DNA from: Gnetum montanum
Taxonomy: Eukaryota; Plantae; Gnetophyta
Assembly: GCA_015680685.1 (NCBI GenBank)
Contig: MNCI01001551.1
Location: 409,486-473,485 of the forward strand
Direction of reading: 5' to 3'
Length of the DNA stretch: 64,000 bases
Below the pieces are notes generated by a model that did no database searches, was not told the DNA's origin, and saw nothing but the letters and a program-made list of their open reading frames with translations. Made by a program: the position numbers and the translations under genes. This document shows, piece by piece, positions 52,901 through 64,000 of this stretch. Positions within the stretch are counted from its first letter, which is position 1. Every line of letters begins with the position of its first letter.

Positions 52901-54601
52901 TATTGTACTTTAGCTCCTCTTAAACTTAACTTTGCAATCTTCTTTCTTTCTTTGTTAAGCCCCCTTGTCTTAGTTTCATCTTTTTATGAACTACTTCTTT
53001 ACAAGTCTTACTCTTCATAATCCATTGTAATCTTTCAAATGGCATCCTCTTCTTTTTTAAGAAATTGGACAAGGTTAGATACGACACAACTAAAATCTTT
53101 GATTTTTCTTTAAGAAACTTGATCTATGTTATGGAGATTGCATGTGTCTCCTACAAAACTTACTTATCAATTTCTTGGAATTGATAAACTATTGATGCTC
53201 CTATTTACACTTTAGCATAGGACATTCTTCCTTTGTACTTTTACAAATCACTGTTATTTGTATCTTCTAGTTCATGAACATTACTTATGGTTGTTATTTC
53301 AATGTTTCTTCTTTCTTATTACTCGTTATTACATACTTGCTCACTCTCTACTTTCTCTTCCACCACTTCTTCTTTGTTAGCTCATTTCATTCATTATTCC
53401 ATTTTCTACTTCACATTTTTTGTTCTTACTTTTTTCATTATTTTAGTAAGATATTGAGGTTTCTTGTAACTCGTAAGAAATTATGACTATTCACTAAGTC
53501 ACTATGATCTTTCATAATAGTTAATAGATTAAGTTAAGAAACTAATGATTGAATCTTAACTTAGAAATATATTTTAACAATGAGTGCCTTCAAATTTCTA
53601 CTCACTTACATCACTATGATGGTAAATAAATGGTTCATGTTTCAAGTAAGACCTTACTCTAGGTAAAAATGTTAGTATCATTTCCATTAAAAATAGTAAG
53701 CTTTTTCTCGTTGAACTTCGATTATATGAGCATATCTAGATCTCAATTAGATATTAGGTTAAGTTCAATATTCATGTTTTACAATTGATAACCCTAGTCA
53801 TTGGACATTCTTGTTAACAATTATTAGATGAGCTTTGAATTATTTTATATCTACTTTACTCTTTACATTTAAGAAATCTATAAACAATGAATTAATTTCT
53901 AAGGACATTACTTCTTTTGAGTAAGGAAAAGTGTAGAGAGTATACCTCATTTGTGGTTTAGAGGTTTCTTTCCTTTTAGAATGGGAGTTAAAAGAATTAT
54001 AGAGATTCACTTTAAGTTTCATATTATTTTTAATCATCATCCTTTTAGTTTAGAACTACATAGCCTTGATCTTCTATATTTATAACATAGAAGTATGTAG
54101 GTAGTCTTGAGCTTTGGCTTTTAGTGCAAGCACCTCCCCTTCTGTTTGAAGAAGGGGTTTAGGTTTAGGAATGCTTGTCTAGAGGCATCTAGGAGTATGC
54201 CCTAATTAAAGCATATTACTAGTGAGCCTCATGGCATGCTTTGTGAACTTTTAAGGTTATGAATGTATGTTCTAACATTACTTGATGATTCATCTGTATG
54301 CTAGGAGTGTATTCCTAGTTGTATCAAGGACTATTGTGGCTTACATACATGCTTGTATTATCTATGATATTTGAGTAAATGCATGTCTTGATGGATTTAT
54401 CACTTTTATTATTATTTTAGGCTTTCTCATGACATTTCAACCATTGACCTAACATATGATATGTGTGTTGTGCGTTCTTGGTGTGCTTACAAGTTTTGTG
54501 GTCCTTAAGATGTAGTCCATTTTTAGTTCACTCTAGAATACTTTGTAATATTGGGATTCAAAGTGGTGCTGAGCTATACTCTCCAAGGCAGTTCCCTTAC
54601 A
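46955..54601 (+). mobile_element. Decayed LTR element with tRNA-iMet PBS
   Basis: 46955-47243 aligns with ~54300-54601, and both end in TTACA. TGGTATCAAAGC at 47246-47257 follows the first copy. No coding motifs were recognised. Confidence 0.65.
49278..53579 (-). mobile_element. Nested LTR element with ~1.15-kb direct repeats (49278-50430 and 52384-53579)
   Basis: The two repeats are collinear and diverged. A PPT-like TACTCCTCTTCAAG lies at 50431-50444 and a degenerate reverse PBS near 52371-52381. No matching TSD was found. Confidence 0.6.
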
Positions 54602-54769
54602 ACATTCCAACTCTCCCTCTGAAAAAATAAAAAAAGAAAGAAGGAAAAAATAATTAGAAAAACAACACACACAACTTTATTAATTATTGAATCATTTATT
54701 TATTGATTAAAATAAACACCTTGAAATCATCCTTCATCTGAAAAATATAAGGTGCCTTCAAATTTGACT

Positions 54770-56100
54770 TATGAGTTGGGCATCAAAGCAGGATATTAAT
54801 CTCTGCTCCATTCATGGGAGAAAAGTAAAATTGCAATGCCATACTTCCGTCACCCACTACGCACCATTTCTTGACTGCAACGTATGGAAAGTTAATACGT
54901 AACTTCTGACGTAGTTTCCGGGTTCATTACACCAGCATCAAATAATTTGCGGCTGTATACGTTCATTTTTCTTCTCTTTATCTCTTGTTCAATACCGTTA
55001 AACAAATTTAGATCCCCACTTGCGTCATGCCTGGCCTGCATTGCATCACGAAACATTACAGAAGCAGACATAGCAAGACAATTGACGTATCCAGATGGAA
55101 TACTAATCAAGATAATCAGCCCAGCCCAAGGAATCCCGTTGTCTGTCATTTGTTCTTTACGCGGTCAATCACCATCAATCACGTGATTTTCAAGCGTGCT
55201 AAAAGTTAAACATAGATTGATCAATCACGATACATTCATGATCCATGCACAAAAACCGGCGACGTGCCAAACTTGTTCTCCAGCAACGGCAGCACCACCT
55301 TCAAATCGGTCGCCGTTTCCGGCGCCGGATTCATTTTTCGGGACATCATGTTCAAAAGCATACCTGGGACGGCAGTGAAAAGAGTACTCTCAATACTCTC
55401 TGTATTATGGTGAGTATCCGAATTCTGGGGCCGATGCCAGTACCTCCCGCCGTGTTATATGGAAGGGTTACCAATTACCATGTTTTCACATCCGCGTTCA
55501 CAGCTTCACAGTTTACTGTGTCGAATTTTATCTCCGGTAACTCGTGGCTGCCCTTCACCGGCGCCGGCCTCTTATGCATAGGCATTGTTTGTTTCAAATT
55601 TAGTTAGTGGAAAAGAATAATGATTGTTCCTTGAGTGTGCAACGTCTTCCTTAAGGTGATTAGTTACTGAAAATTGTCCATGGATAGGAAACTATGAATG
55701 TCTTGCAGTATCGGTTCGTCTGTAAAATCAATTCAATAATCACATGTGCATAACTTGTGAGTGAGACAATGAGAGAAATGATTCCGTATCGATTTGTATT
55801 CATGGGCTGTAGAACTTGGTAGCACTCTCTTAAATAAGTAATAAATAGTCATTCATCATGAATTTCTTCTTTAATGGTTTAAAAAAATCCCTGTAATTGT
55901 TTTGGAAACATGTACCTGCTTTAGGCATTTTATCAAAAGAATGAAGTCATTCTACAGGTATACCAAGAATTTAGATTCGATTATTCGAATAAAACTCAAA
56001 ATTCACGTCTTAGTCATATCCAAAGCAAATCTCTAATAGATTCCATGAAGATAACTCCTCTTGTCATGAGTTTAATAACCGCTATCAAGTTTGTCCATTT
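54770..56100 (+). pseudogene. Deleted paralogous copy of the PME locus (promoter + coding remnants 55287-55575 + 3' flank)
   Basis: It has collinear similarity to 34370-35213, 36277-36355, 36689-36721, 36802-37010, 37130-37310 and 38880-38955. Remnant peptides are GSTTFKS-VAVSGAGFI, AYLGR and YYGEY.NSG, and SQFTVSNFISGNSWLP. Confidence 0.92.
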
Positions 56101-57403
56101 CAAAAATTTACATTAACCCAAGAGTCCAAAAGATTCTAATACAATATTATTAGAAAAGCTAAGGCAGACCCATCATCACAACAAAGCAACAACGTAGAAA
56201 ACCATTGTGACAAAAATAATGAAAAGCAATTATTACAAAAATAATGAAAAGCAATTTTGAAGCCCTTGCCAAATAGGGCAAATGATCAAGCAATGCAATT
56301 GTATTATCTTTATCACATTAAATAAATGCGATTGCTTGCCTACAAGAAAGCTATTTCTAAGTTTATCTTGAGATATCTCATGGTTTTCCCAACTTTTTTT
56401 CAGCTTTACTAGAATAATCATAAGTTTTTCTTAGGTTTAACTTTCTTACATATCATCTTAAGTTATCTTCACATCTAATTTAAATTTTTAAGTCATCTAG
56501 GTATTTATTATATTATATTTAATAAAACTATCATGTTGGCATTGCTATTTCCTAATAATCACCCTATCCATGAAGAATAAACTTAAGAATATATCCCATT
56601 GATTTGAATTCTTTACTTATCAACATGTGCACTATTCAATTTCATGCCACATGTAAGATCAATATATATTTGTTGGAAAACAAAAAGTATATTCAATTAC
56701 TAATAACGGGCTACTAACAACTTGCAAAAAATAAAACTTATTGTTGCAAAACCAGCATAAGAGAAATCTCCATCCCTAATACATGCATAAACCTACAATC
56801 TTACAACAAAATAATTTATCCTGCAATAAAGCTAGGTCAATAATTCATCCTAGCAATGCACCTATAAGAACATTCTATTTTGCAAAATTATATTACTAAA
56901 TTTGCCAAGGATGAATTCACACATGTAGCAAGTAGCTTATCTTCTATATAGTGACAAAATCATAGGAGAAACTTATCCTATAAAACCACCAACTCTTCAC
57001 AAAAATAATCCATTTTGTGATAACAACAAGAAATCTGTAGAAGAAACGTATCTTGCAATAAATGTGAAAAAAGCCTTTTTCATGCCACATATTTGCTTAC
57101 TAAGATAGTACCAAATGTTACACCATCGCTACTAAAATTTGAGGTGCTAAAATTTGTGCTACAAAACCAATGGGAATATGCAAACTTGCAAAAAATAATA
57201 ATATCCATAAACTAGTAGAACCTACATAGTAAAAGGGTCAAAAACCTATGTAAACCTCAACACATTCACAACCTTATACATAATCCATCATTATTAACAA
57301 AATCTATACTACTAACTTTAATCAACATATGTTTTCAACAATACTCGATCACATAAGACATAGACATTAAGGGCCTTCAATTAAACATTTTTCTGAGACC
57401 ACT

Positions 57404-60400
57404 TGTTATGAACTTAACCAAATCTAAATATAGAAATAGTAAAGAAAAAAAGAGAAAAATACATAGAAATTTATGTGGAAAATCCCAAAGTGGGAAAAAA
57501 ACCAAGGGAATTAGTGCATAGCTCTTTTTTTATTTGGAGAAAGGAACTCAAGGAAACAAGCCATCCTAGATAGCTCTCACAACTTGTTGTTGTTACCACA
57601 CCCTTAAGCCCTTCCTCTCACATCTTGTGCTTGATACAATATACTCACATTTTCCCAATATACTCACTTTTACTAAGCCATACCTTTTCCTTTTTTCAAT
57701 CTCTATAAAGATGCATTCCAAGAATTTGTTTTGCCTACCCCAGATCCTTCATAGTAAACTACTTACTCATCGCTATTTGAAGTTGTTTTATTCTTGATAT
57801 ATCATTCCCTATAATCAGCATATCATCTCCATACAAAGAAAAATTACAAATTTATTTTTATCACTTGAAAAATAAACATAATGATGAAGATCACTCCTAC
57901 AATAATCCATTTTATGGGTAAAAGAGTTAAACTTTTTGTACCACTACATAGGAGTCTATTTTAACCATATAATCTTTTCTTCAAGCGATACACATAATGA
58001 GGTTTATTTTGATCAAAAAATTCTTCTCACTAATGCATATAGATTTCTTTATTTAAATTACCATGCAAAGAAGTTGTTTTAACATCTAACTATTTTAACT
58101 CTAACTCTAAACAAGCAACCAATGAAAGAACAATTCAAATAAAAGAATGCTTAACAGCAAAGGAAAATATTTCCTTAAAATTAATTCCTAGTTTTTTATT
58201 GTAACCTTTAGCTACCAAACTAGCTTTATAAAAAGTCTCCTCATTTACCTCATTATTTAAAGAAAAAATACATCTATTCTGAAATACTTTATGCCCCTTT
58301 GGTAATTCCAAAAATTTCCAAGTTTTGTTATGTTCAAGTGAATTCCATTTCTTTTTTATATCTTCCTTTCATTTTATTACACCAAGATTTGCAAGAGCTT
58401 CTTTCACCATTTCAAGTTCACCATAATATGCATAAAGAATATAATCTTTAATTTTAGCAAAAGGATGTATTATTTTACTTTAATGTTGTACCTCATGTGA
58501 TATATTTTTAGTAAGGTCTCCTCCTCATCACTTTCTTTTTTCTCATATTCATCTTAAAATTCTACGGTATTTTGATCTACAAGTTGCTCTTGTATTATAT
58601 TGTCTTTAAGCTACAAAACAAATGTATGAACCTTCTATGGAACAGAATTATAAACCTTTTTCTTTTAAAAATTATCAAACATTACATTTTCTTAAAATTT
58701 TACATCTGGTAATCTTACAAATCTCCTTGCCTTAGAATCCCATAATCTAAAACCCAATTCATCATTTTCATAAGCCACAAAAATACATATTTTTGATTTA
58801 TTATCAAATTTAGATCTATTTTCCTTTTATATATGCATATATGCAAAACATCCAAAATTTTTTAAATGACTATAAGAAACATGTCTTCCACTTCACAAAG
58901 ACTCTTGCACTTCATTATTTAAAAAAATGTGCTAATCTATTAATTAAATAAGTAGTAATCATAAAAGCCTCAACCCAAAAAGATTTAGGCAAACCTGCAC
59001 TATCAATTATAAACCTTGCATGTTTAATTAACATTCTGTTGCATCTTTCTACTACTTCATTTTCTTGTGAAGTTCTAGGATGAGGATGAATATGCCAAGT
59101 TCCTTTTTCTTTGCCAAACTCATTGAATGCATTTGAAGTATATTCACCACCATTATTAGTAAATAAACATTTCAACTTTAAACCTATTTGTGTCTCTTTT
59201 TTAGCAACAAATGCCTTAAAAATATTTAAAGCAACATCCTTGGACTTTATTGGAAATACCCACACTTTCTATGTATAATCATTAAAGAAAGTAAACAAAT
59301 ATAATGAACCACTAATGATGCTGGATTTATTGCACCACAAATATCAAAATAAACAAGCTCCACTTTGTTAGCTTGCCTACATCCCATATTTCTAAGAAAA
59401 TTCATCCTCTTTTATTTGATAAAAATAAAATTTTTGCAAACATTTGTGAAGCTAATTGCAAATTTAGGAATGCAAGAATGAGATTAAAGTACCTTCAAAT
59501 TAGAATAACTGATATAGTTCAACTATTTATGCCATAACTTACTATCCTCCCTTGTGGTAATTGTAGCTATAGAATCAATCTACAAACGTATATCATCTCC
59601 TACAATATACATTGTACCCTTTTTTCTTTTTTTCTTTTTTTACCTTTCAAAATTGTTAAAATGCCATTGGTAATTTTTTCATTGATTACTTCTACATAAA
59701 AATTTTAGACCCAAATCATCAAGTTGAGAAATAGAAATTAGCTTATTAGAAACTTCAAGAACATGCTTAAATTATTAAGAGTGATTTTAGGTAAACTAAG
59801 CTATCGTACTAACAATTTTTAAAGAAATACCATTAGTAGCATAAACAACACTTGATAAAAATAGTTCATATGAGGTAAAAATAGATCAATTAGGGAAAGT
59901 ATGAAATGAGGCTCCTATGTCTACATTTCAAATATCTTTTGTTGTGTTTCAAGAAAAAACCATAGATGATACAAATACAAGAAAATCAAAAACAAACTCA
60001 TCCTCTATATGATTTATTTATGGACCTATGTTACTTTTTGATTTTTCCAACTCTATCTTTTCCTTTTGTTGCTATGATGCTTTTTAAGCTTTGTAATCAT
60101 GACAATCCCTCTTTATGTAACCAAATTTGTGGCAAAACCAACATTCAACCTTGCTTTTAGAAGTTTCTTTCCTTTTACTCCTTTTTCTATTTTGTTTAGG
60201 TCCTCTGCTTTGATCACGTTTATTAGATCTACCTCTATTTAAAAGTATAAAAACATTACTTGATGATTGATCTTGTTCTTCAGGCAATCTTTTTGCTACA
60301 TCCTAAAGAGTAGAAACTATACCATCAAAATTAATATGACCAGTACTCATAGATGTCATGATAAATATAATAACTAGATTCCAAAATTTAGGTAAAGAAT

Positions 60401-60720
60401 TTAAAGTAGCACAACCCTTCACTAGCTCTTGAATTTTCACTTTCTATTCTTCAAATTTAACAAAAGAAACCATCATATTATCTAGATAATCTTGCAAAGA
60501 AGCACTTCTTTCATCTTTATATTAAAAATCTTTTGATAAATATAAAACTGATTAAAACCTAAAGCTTTATCAAACATGTTCTTCAACTTTACCCAAAGAG
60601 CATGAGGACTTGTTTCGTTTGAAAGAGATGCCAAAAGTCTGTTGCTCAAATAGGAACGAATCAGTATTAGTACTTTTTCTTGTAACTTTTTCCAGCCATC
60701 AAAGAGAGATTATCCTACCA
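57404..60720 (-). mobile_element. Ty1/copia retrotransposon, decayed (gag-PR-INT-RT)
   Basis: The gag knuckle is CWFCHKFGYIKRDC (60084-60287) and the protease-like VDIGASFH lies at ~59910. Integrase motifs are TNNGGEY...ENEVVER.NR...LPKSFW.EA..YLINR (58915-59265) and FGCFAY. RT motifs are YKASLVAKGY, LDVKT..LHG.L, LYGLK and LYGDDMLI. An LTR-like segment starts at 57404. Confidence 0.9.
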
Positions 60721-61416
60721 TAGAATATTCCTGTCATCAAAGACAACTATATGACTACAATATTGTATACTTTTTGTTTATTTTTTAAACAATTAAAATA
60801 TTCCATTATACTTCTAATTGTTAACCTCATCTATCAAAATATAGTTAAACAAATTAGTTCAATGCTTTGTTAGGAATATGTAGTGAACTCTAATTTCACT
60901 TAAGACACTCTTATATTTGTGGCCATTGACTAAATTCTATTACAGAATTATGCTACTTACCTCTTGAATAGGTTCATATGGTTTATAACAAAGAGCTTAT
61001 TCACTATTGCCATGAAAGGAAATTTAGGTTGCACTATAGTATCTAAAAATATTGGTAGAGTATAAATCAAATGCGAAACACAACCACCATCACATTAAAT
61101 CAAGATGAAAAATTACATAAAATTTGCATTTTCATCATGAAATAAAACTTCTTTAAGAGATGACTTTAAACCTAAGAAGAACTTGCCACTGCAATAGTAA
61201 GATTATTTTGGGGAAGAGGACACTTGTAGCAATAAAATTATCTACATGTTGCACAATCTAATCATTATCCTTATTAAGCAATGAATATGGATTTTTATTA
61301 GCAAAAATATAACTCAACTGAATGCCAAATCGATACAAAATCAAATCAGCTTGAATGCCATAAAAAACTTGATTTTTTAGTAACCATCTACTAGAAAATG
61401 CAGTATGCACTACAAG

Positions 61417-61698
61417 AATCACCATAGTGGTTAACTATGTTGTAAAACAAAGCAAACTATCATAAATTTTGTTGCAAATAAAAAATAATATGAAAACATA
61501 CCAAAAACAATCACCATAGTGCTTAATGATATTTTAAAACAAAGCAAACTACCATAGATTTTGTTGCAATTGAAAAAAAAACAAAATACAAAAACATACC
61601 AAAAATAATCACTATGGTACTTAAACTGTGTTGTAAAATAAAGGAAACTACCATGAATTTTGTTACAAATAAAAAATAATATGAAAACATACCCAAAA
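61417..61698. repeat. Tandem repeat, 3 units of ~92-97 bp
   Basis: AATCAC[C/T]AT[A/G]GT...TAAAA[C/T]AAAG[C/G]AAACTA[C/T]CAT...TTTTGTT...AAAACATACC occurs three times, immediately after CACTACAAG at 61408. Confidence 0.85.
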
Positions 61699-62114
61699 CA
61701 TCTTAAACAAAGATGGAAAACCAAAGGAATAAATGCCCAAAACCTTGCAAAGTATGAGAACAATGAAAAGGAGCAATCGAAGTCTTGTACTACACTAGCA
61801 GAAAAACCAAACATGACGATAAAGAGAAAGGTTTAGCAAAGCATGTCGGTGAAAAAATGACTTCTGAAGCGCACAGGTTGAAGGGCGCCCAAGTTGAAAA
61901 GATGACCAATGAAGTGCACCGCAGGTTGAAGTGTGCCCAAAATTTGAATAGGAAATTCTTATGTTTCGTTATCATCATCGGGTATTTTATGTATATCCAT
62001 GGCTTCGTGCTTCCATGATGAACATGCTATGAGGATGCGGAACTGTCACAAAATAATATTGATGGATTGCTGCACTTTGTGCATAAAATGTCATGTCCTG
62101 CGTATACCAAACTT

Positions 62115-63635
62115 TCATGGTTACCGGTAACAATGTGGACAGCTCGTACAAAGGATAAACCGTATAGTCATAAACCTTTTTAATGAATCTTCAAAAAGCC
62201 CACATTGTTAAAAAAGATTCCCAATACCAAATTCATAAATCATGTGCCGGTCAACTATTCTTTTGCCTGTTCTTGAACCAATTGTATCTTATCCGCTACT
62301 AATCCGGCAGCATCGTCGCATTATGAAATGCGTTTGTTTTTGTGTTTGAATATTGCATACGTCTGCTTTGTGTTGCTACTATTTTGTAGGCATAGTCGTT
62401 TAGCACATGGCTCACGGTATCAAACAACTTGAGGAACAATATTTGGTTCTTGCTGTTCATATTGAACAGGATTGACACATAGCCGTCCGCGGATTTGAAG
62501 CCACGATGGTGATAGTGATGGCCATGTATAGAGTACTGCAAATGTCCAGAGTGTCTAGATAAGTTTGAACCAGCAACCTTAATGACTTGCTTTGGTTTTC
62601 AATTAATTGATTTGATTCTGAGTTGAAATCATGGCGCCACCGTTGTGTATGTGAAGCTGACATTTTGTGATGGCGTATTCAACTTGTGGAACATAGCGTA
62701 TTCAACTTCTGGAACGGCAAAGCAACCGCCATCCATTCTAGAAATTAATTACAAAAAGTAGGATGTCCTCCAAAATGAGAACCACATAGTGCAAGCTATT
62801 TAACAGTATTTTTATATGTTGTAACTTGTAAATAATGGTGGGCTACGTGGTCCGGCACGGTGCATCCTTAAAATATTTCATTTCAGCTAAAAACCTTCAG
62901 CGTCCTGACTAGAAGAACTTCTGATAAGACTTTTTGTTGAGTTTTCAAACGGCTGGCGTAAGATACCATTGCCGCGTAAGAAATTCAGAGCTTCCAATGA
63001 AACTACGGCCATGAACTGCGAATAAGTTCCACAACCTACGTTCCACCGTGGTATCTTGTAGCTGTCGTAACTCATAAGTACCATGAGCCATTTTGGTGGT
63101 TGAATCTCGTTTTATTCTCGAGTTGGGCACAATCAGCATGATATTCATCTCTACTCCATTCTTCGGTGGAAACTGAAAAGTGAAAACTAAAATGGTCAAG
63201 CCGTACTTCCGTCACCCTGTACGCGCCATTCTTTGACTGCAATGTATGTGAAGTTAATACGTAACTTCTGATATCATTTCCGGGTTCATTACATCAGCAT
63301 GAAATATTTTGCGGCTGCATACGTGCATTCTTTATCTCTTGTTCAATGCCGTTAAACAAATTTAGATCCCCATTTGGGTCAAGCCTGGCCTGCATTGAAT
63401 CACGAAACATTACGCAAGCAGACACAACAAAACAATTAACCTACCCAGATGGAATAATAATCAACATAATCAGTCCAGCCCATGGCATCCTGCTGTCAGC
63501 CATTTGTTCTGTATGCAGTCAATCACCATCAATGATGTGTTTTTCAAAGATAACTGTGCTAAAAGTTAAACCTACGTTGGTCAATCACGATGCCTGCATG
63601 ATGCATGCACAAAAACAGGAGACGTGCAAAACTTT
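62115..63635 (+). promoter_or_regulatory. Third, promoter-only paralogous copy of the PME upstream region
   Basis: Collinear blocks match 33555-35195, for example TAACAATGTGGAC, CAACTTGAGGAA, GATAAGTTTG.ACCAGCAAC, CGTATTCAACTTGT, TAATCAACATAATCAG, CTGCTGTCAGCCATT, ATGCATGCACAA and ACGTGC.AAACTT. No TATA or CDS follows within the window. Confidence 0.88.
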
Positions 63636-64000
63636 ATTTCTTTATCTTTTGTNTGGTCAATTGTCTTATTCTGTCTGCTTGGTCAATTGTCTTGTTCTGT
63701 CTGCTTGTTTAATGTTTTGCGATTCAATGTAGGCCAGGCTTGAGGCATGTAGGGATCTAAATTTGTTTAACGGTATTGAACAAAAGATAAAGAAATAAAG
63801 TTTTGCACGTCTTCTGTTTTTGTGCATGCAGCATGCAGGTATCGTGATTGACCAACGTAGGTTTAACTTTTAGCACAGTTATCTTTGAAAAACACATCAT
63901 TGATGGTGATTGACTGCATACAGAACAAATGGCTGACAGCAGGATGCCATGGGCTGGACTGATTATGTTGATTATTATTCCATCTGGGTAGGTTAATTGT
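63432..64000. repeat. Inverted repeat, arms 63432-63652 and 63780-64000 (runs off window), spacer contains N at 63653
   Basis: The 221-bp arms are reverse complements with no indels and 3 mismatches (63592, 63601, 63619). Confidence 0.9.

Noticed and set aside
33500-64000. Analogy to maize Ga1/Tcb1 PME-array cross-incompatibility loci
   Set aside because: The resemblance is superficial (a PME plus pseudogene copies). No partner gene, expression or lineage evidence exists in the window.

Overview
This is AT-rich land-plant genomic DNA, and the lineage cannot be determined from the sequence alone. Most of the window is decayed transposable elements: Athila-like Ty3/gypsy (a pol-bearing copy, a gag-only non-autonomous copy and a solo LTR), Ty1/copia and Sirevirus-like relics, RTE LINE fragments and a spliced MULE/SWIM transposase pseudogene. 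Only one gene is intact, an intronless GC-rich pro-domain (PMEI + catalytic) pectin methylesterase at 35393-36988. The most notable structure is a decayed tandem array of this locus. A second copy at ~54.8-56.1 kb is reduced by several microhomology-bounded deletions. A third, promoter-only copy at ~62.1-63.6 kb ends in a >=221-bp, 3-mismatch inverted repeat spanning a single N, which is either a real hairpin of promoter DNA or an assembly join. I see no clearly novel biological system. The promoter hairpin is the best candidate and must be validated with reads first. TE boundaries are by eye and approximate unless termini are quoted.
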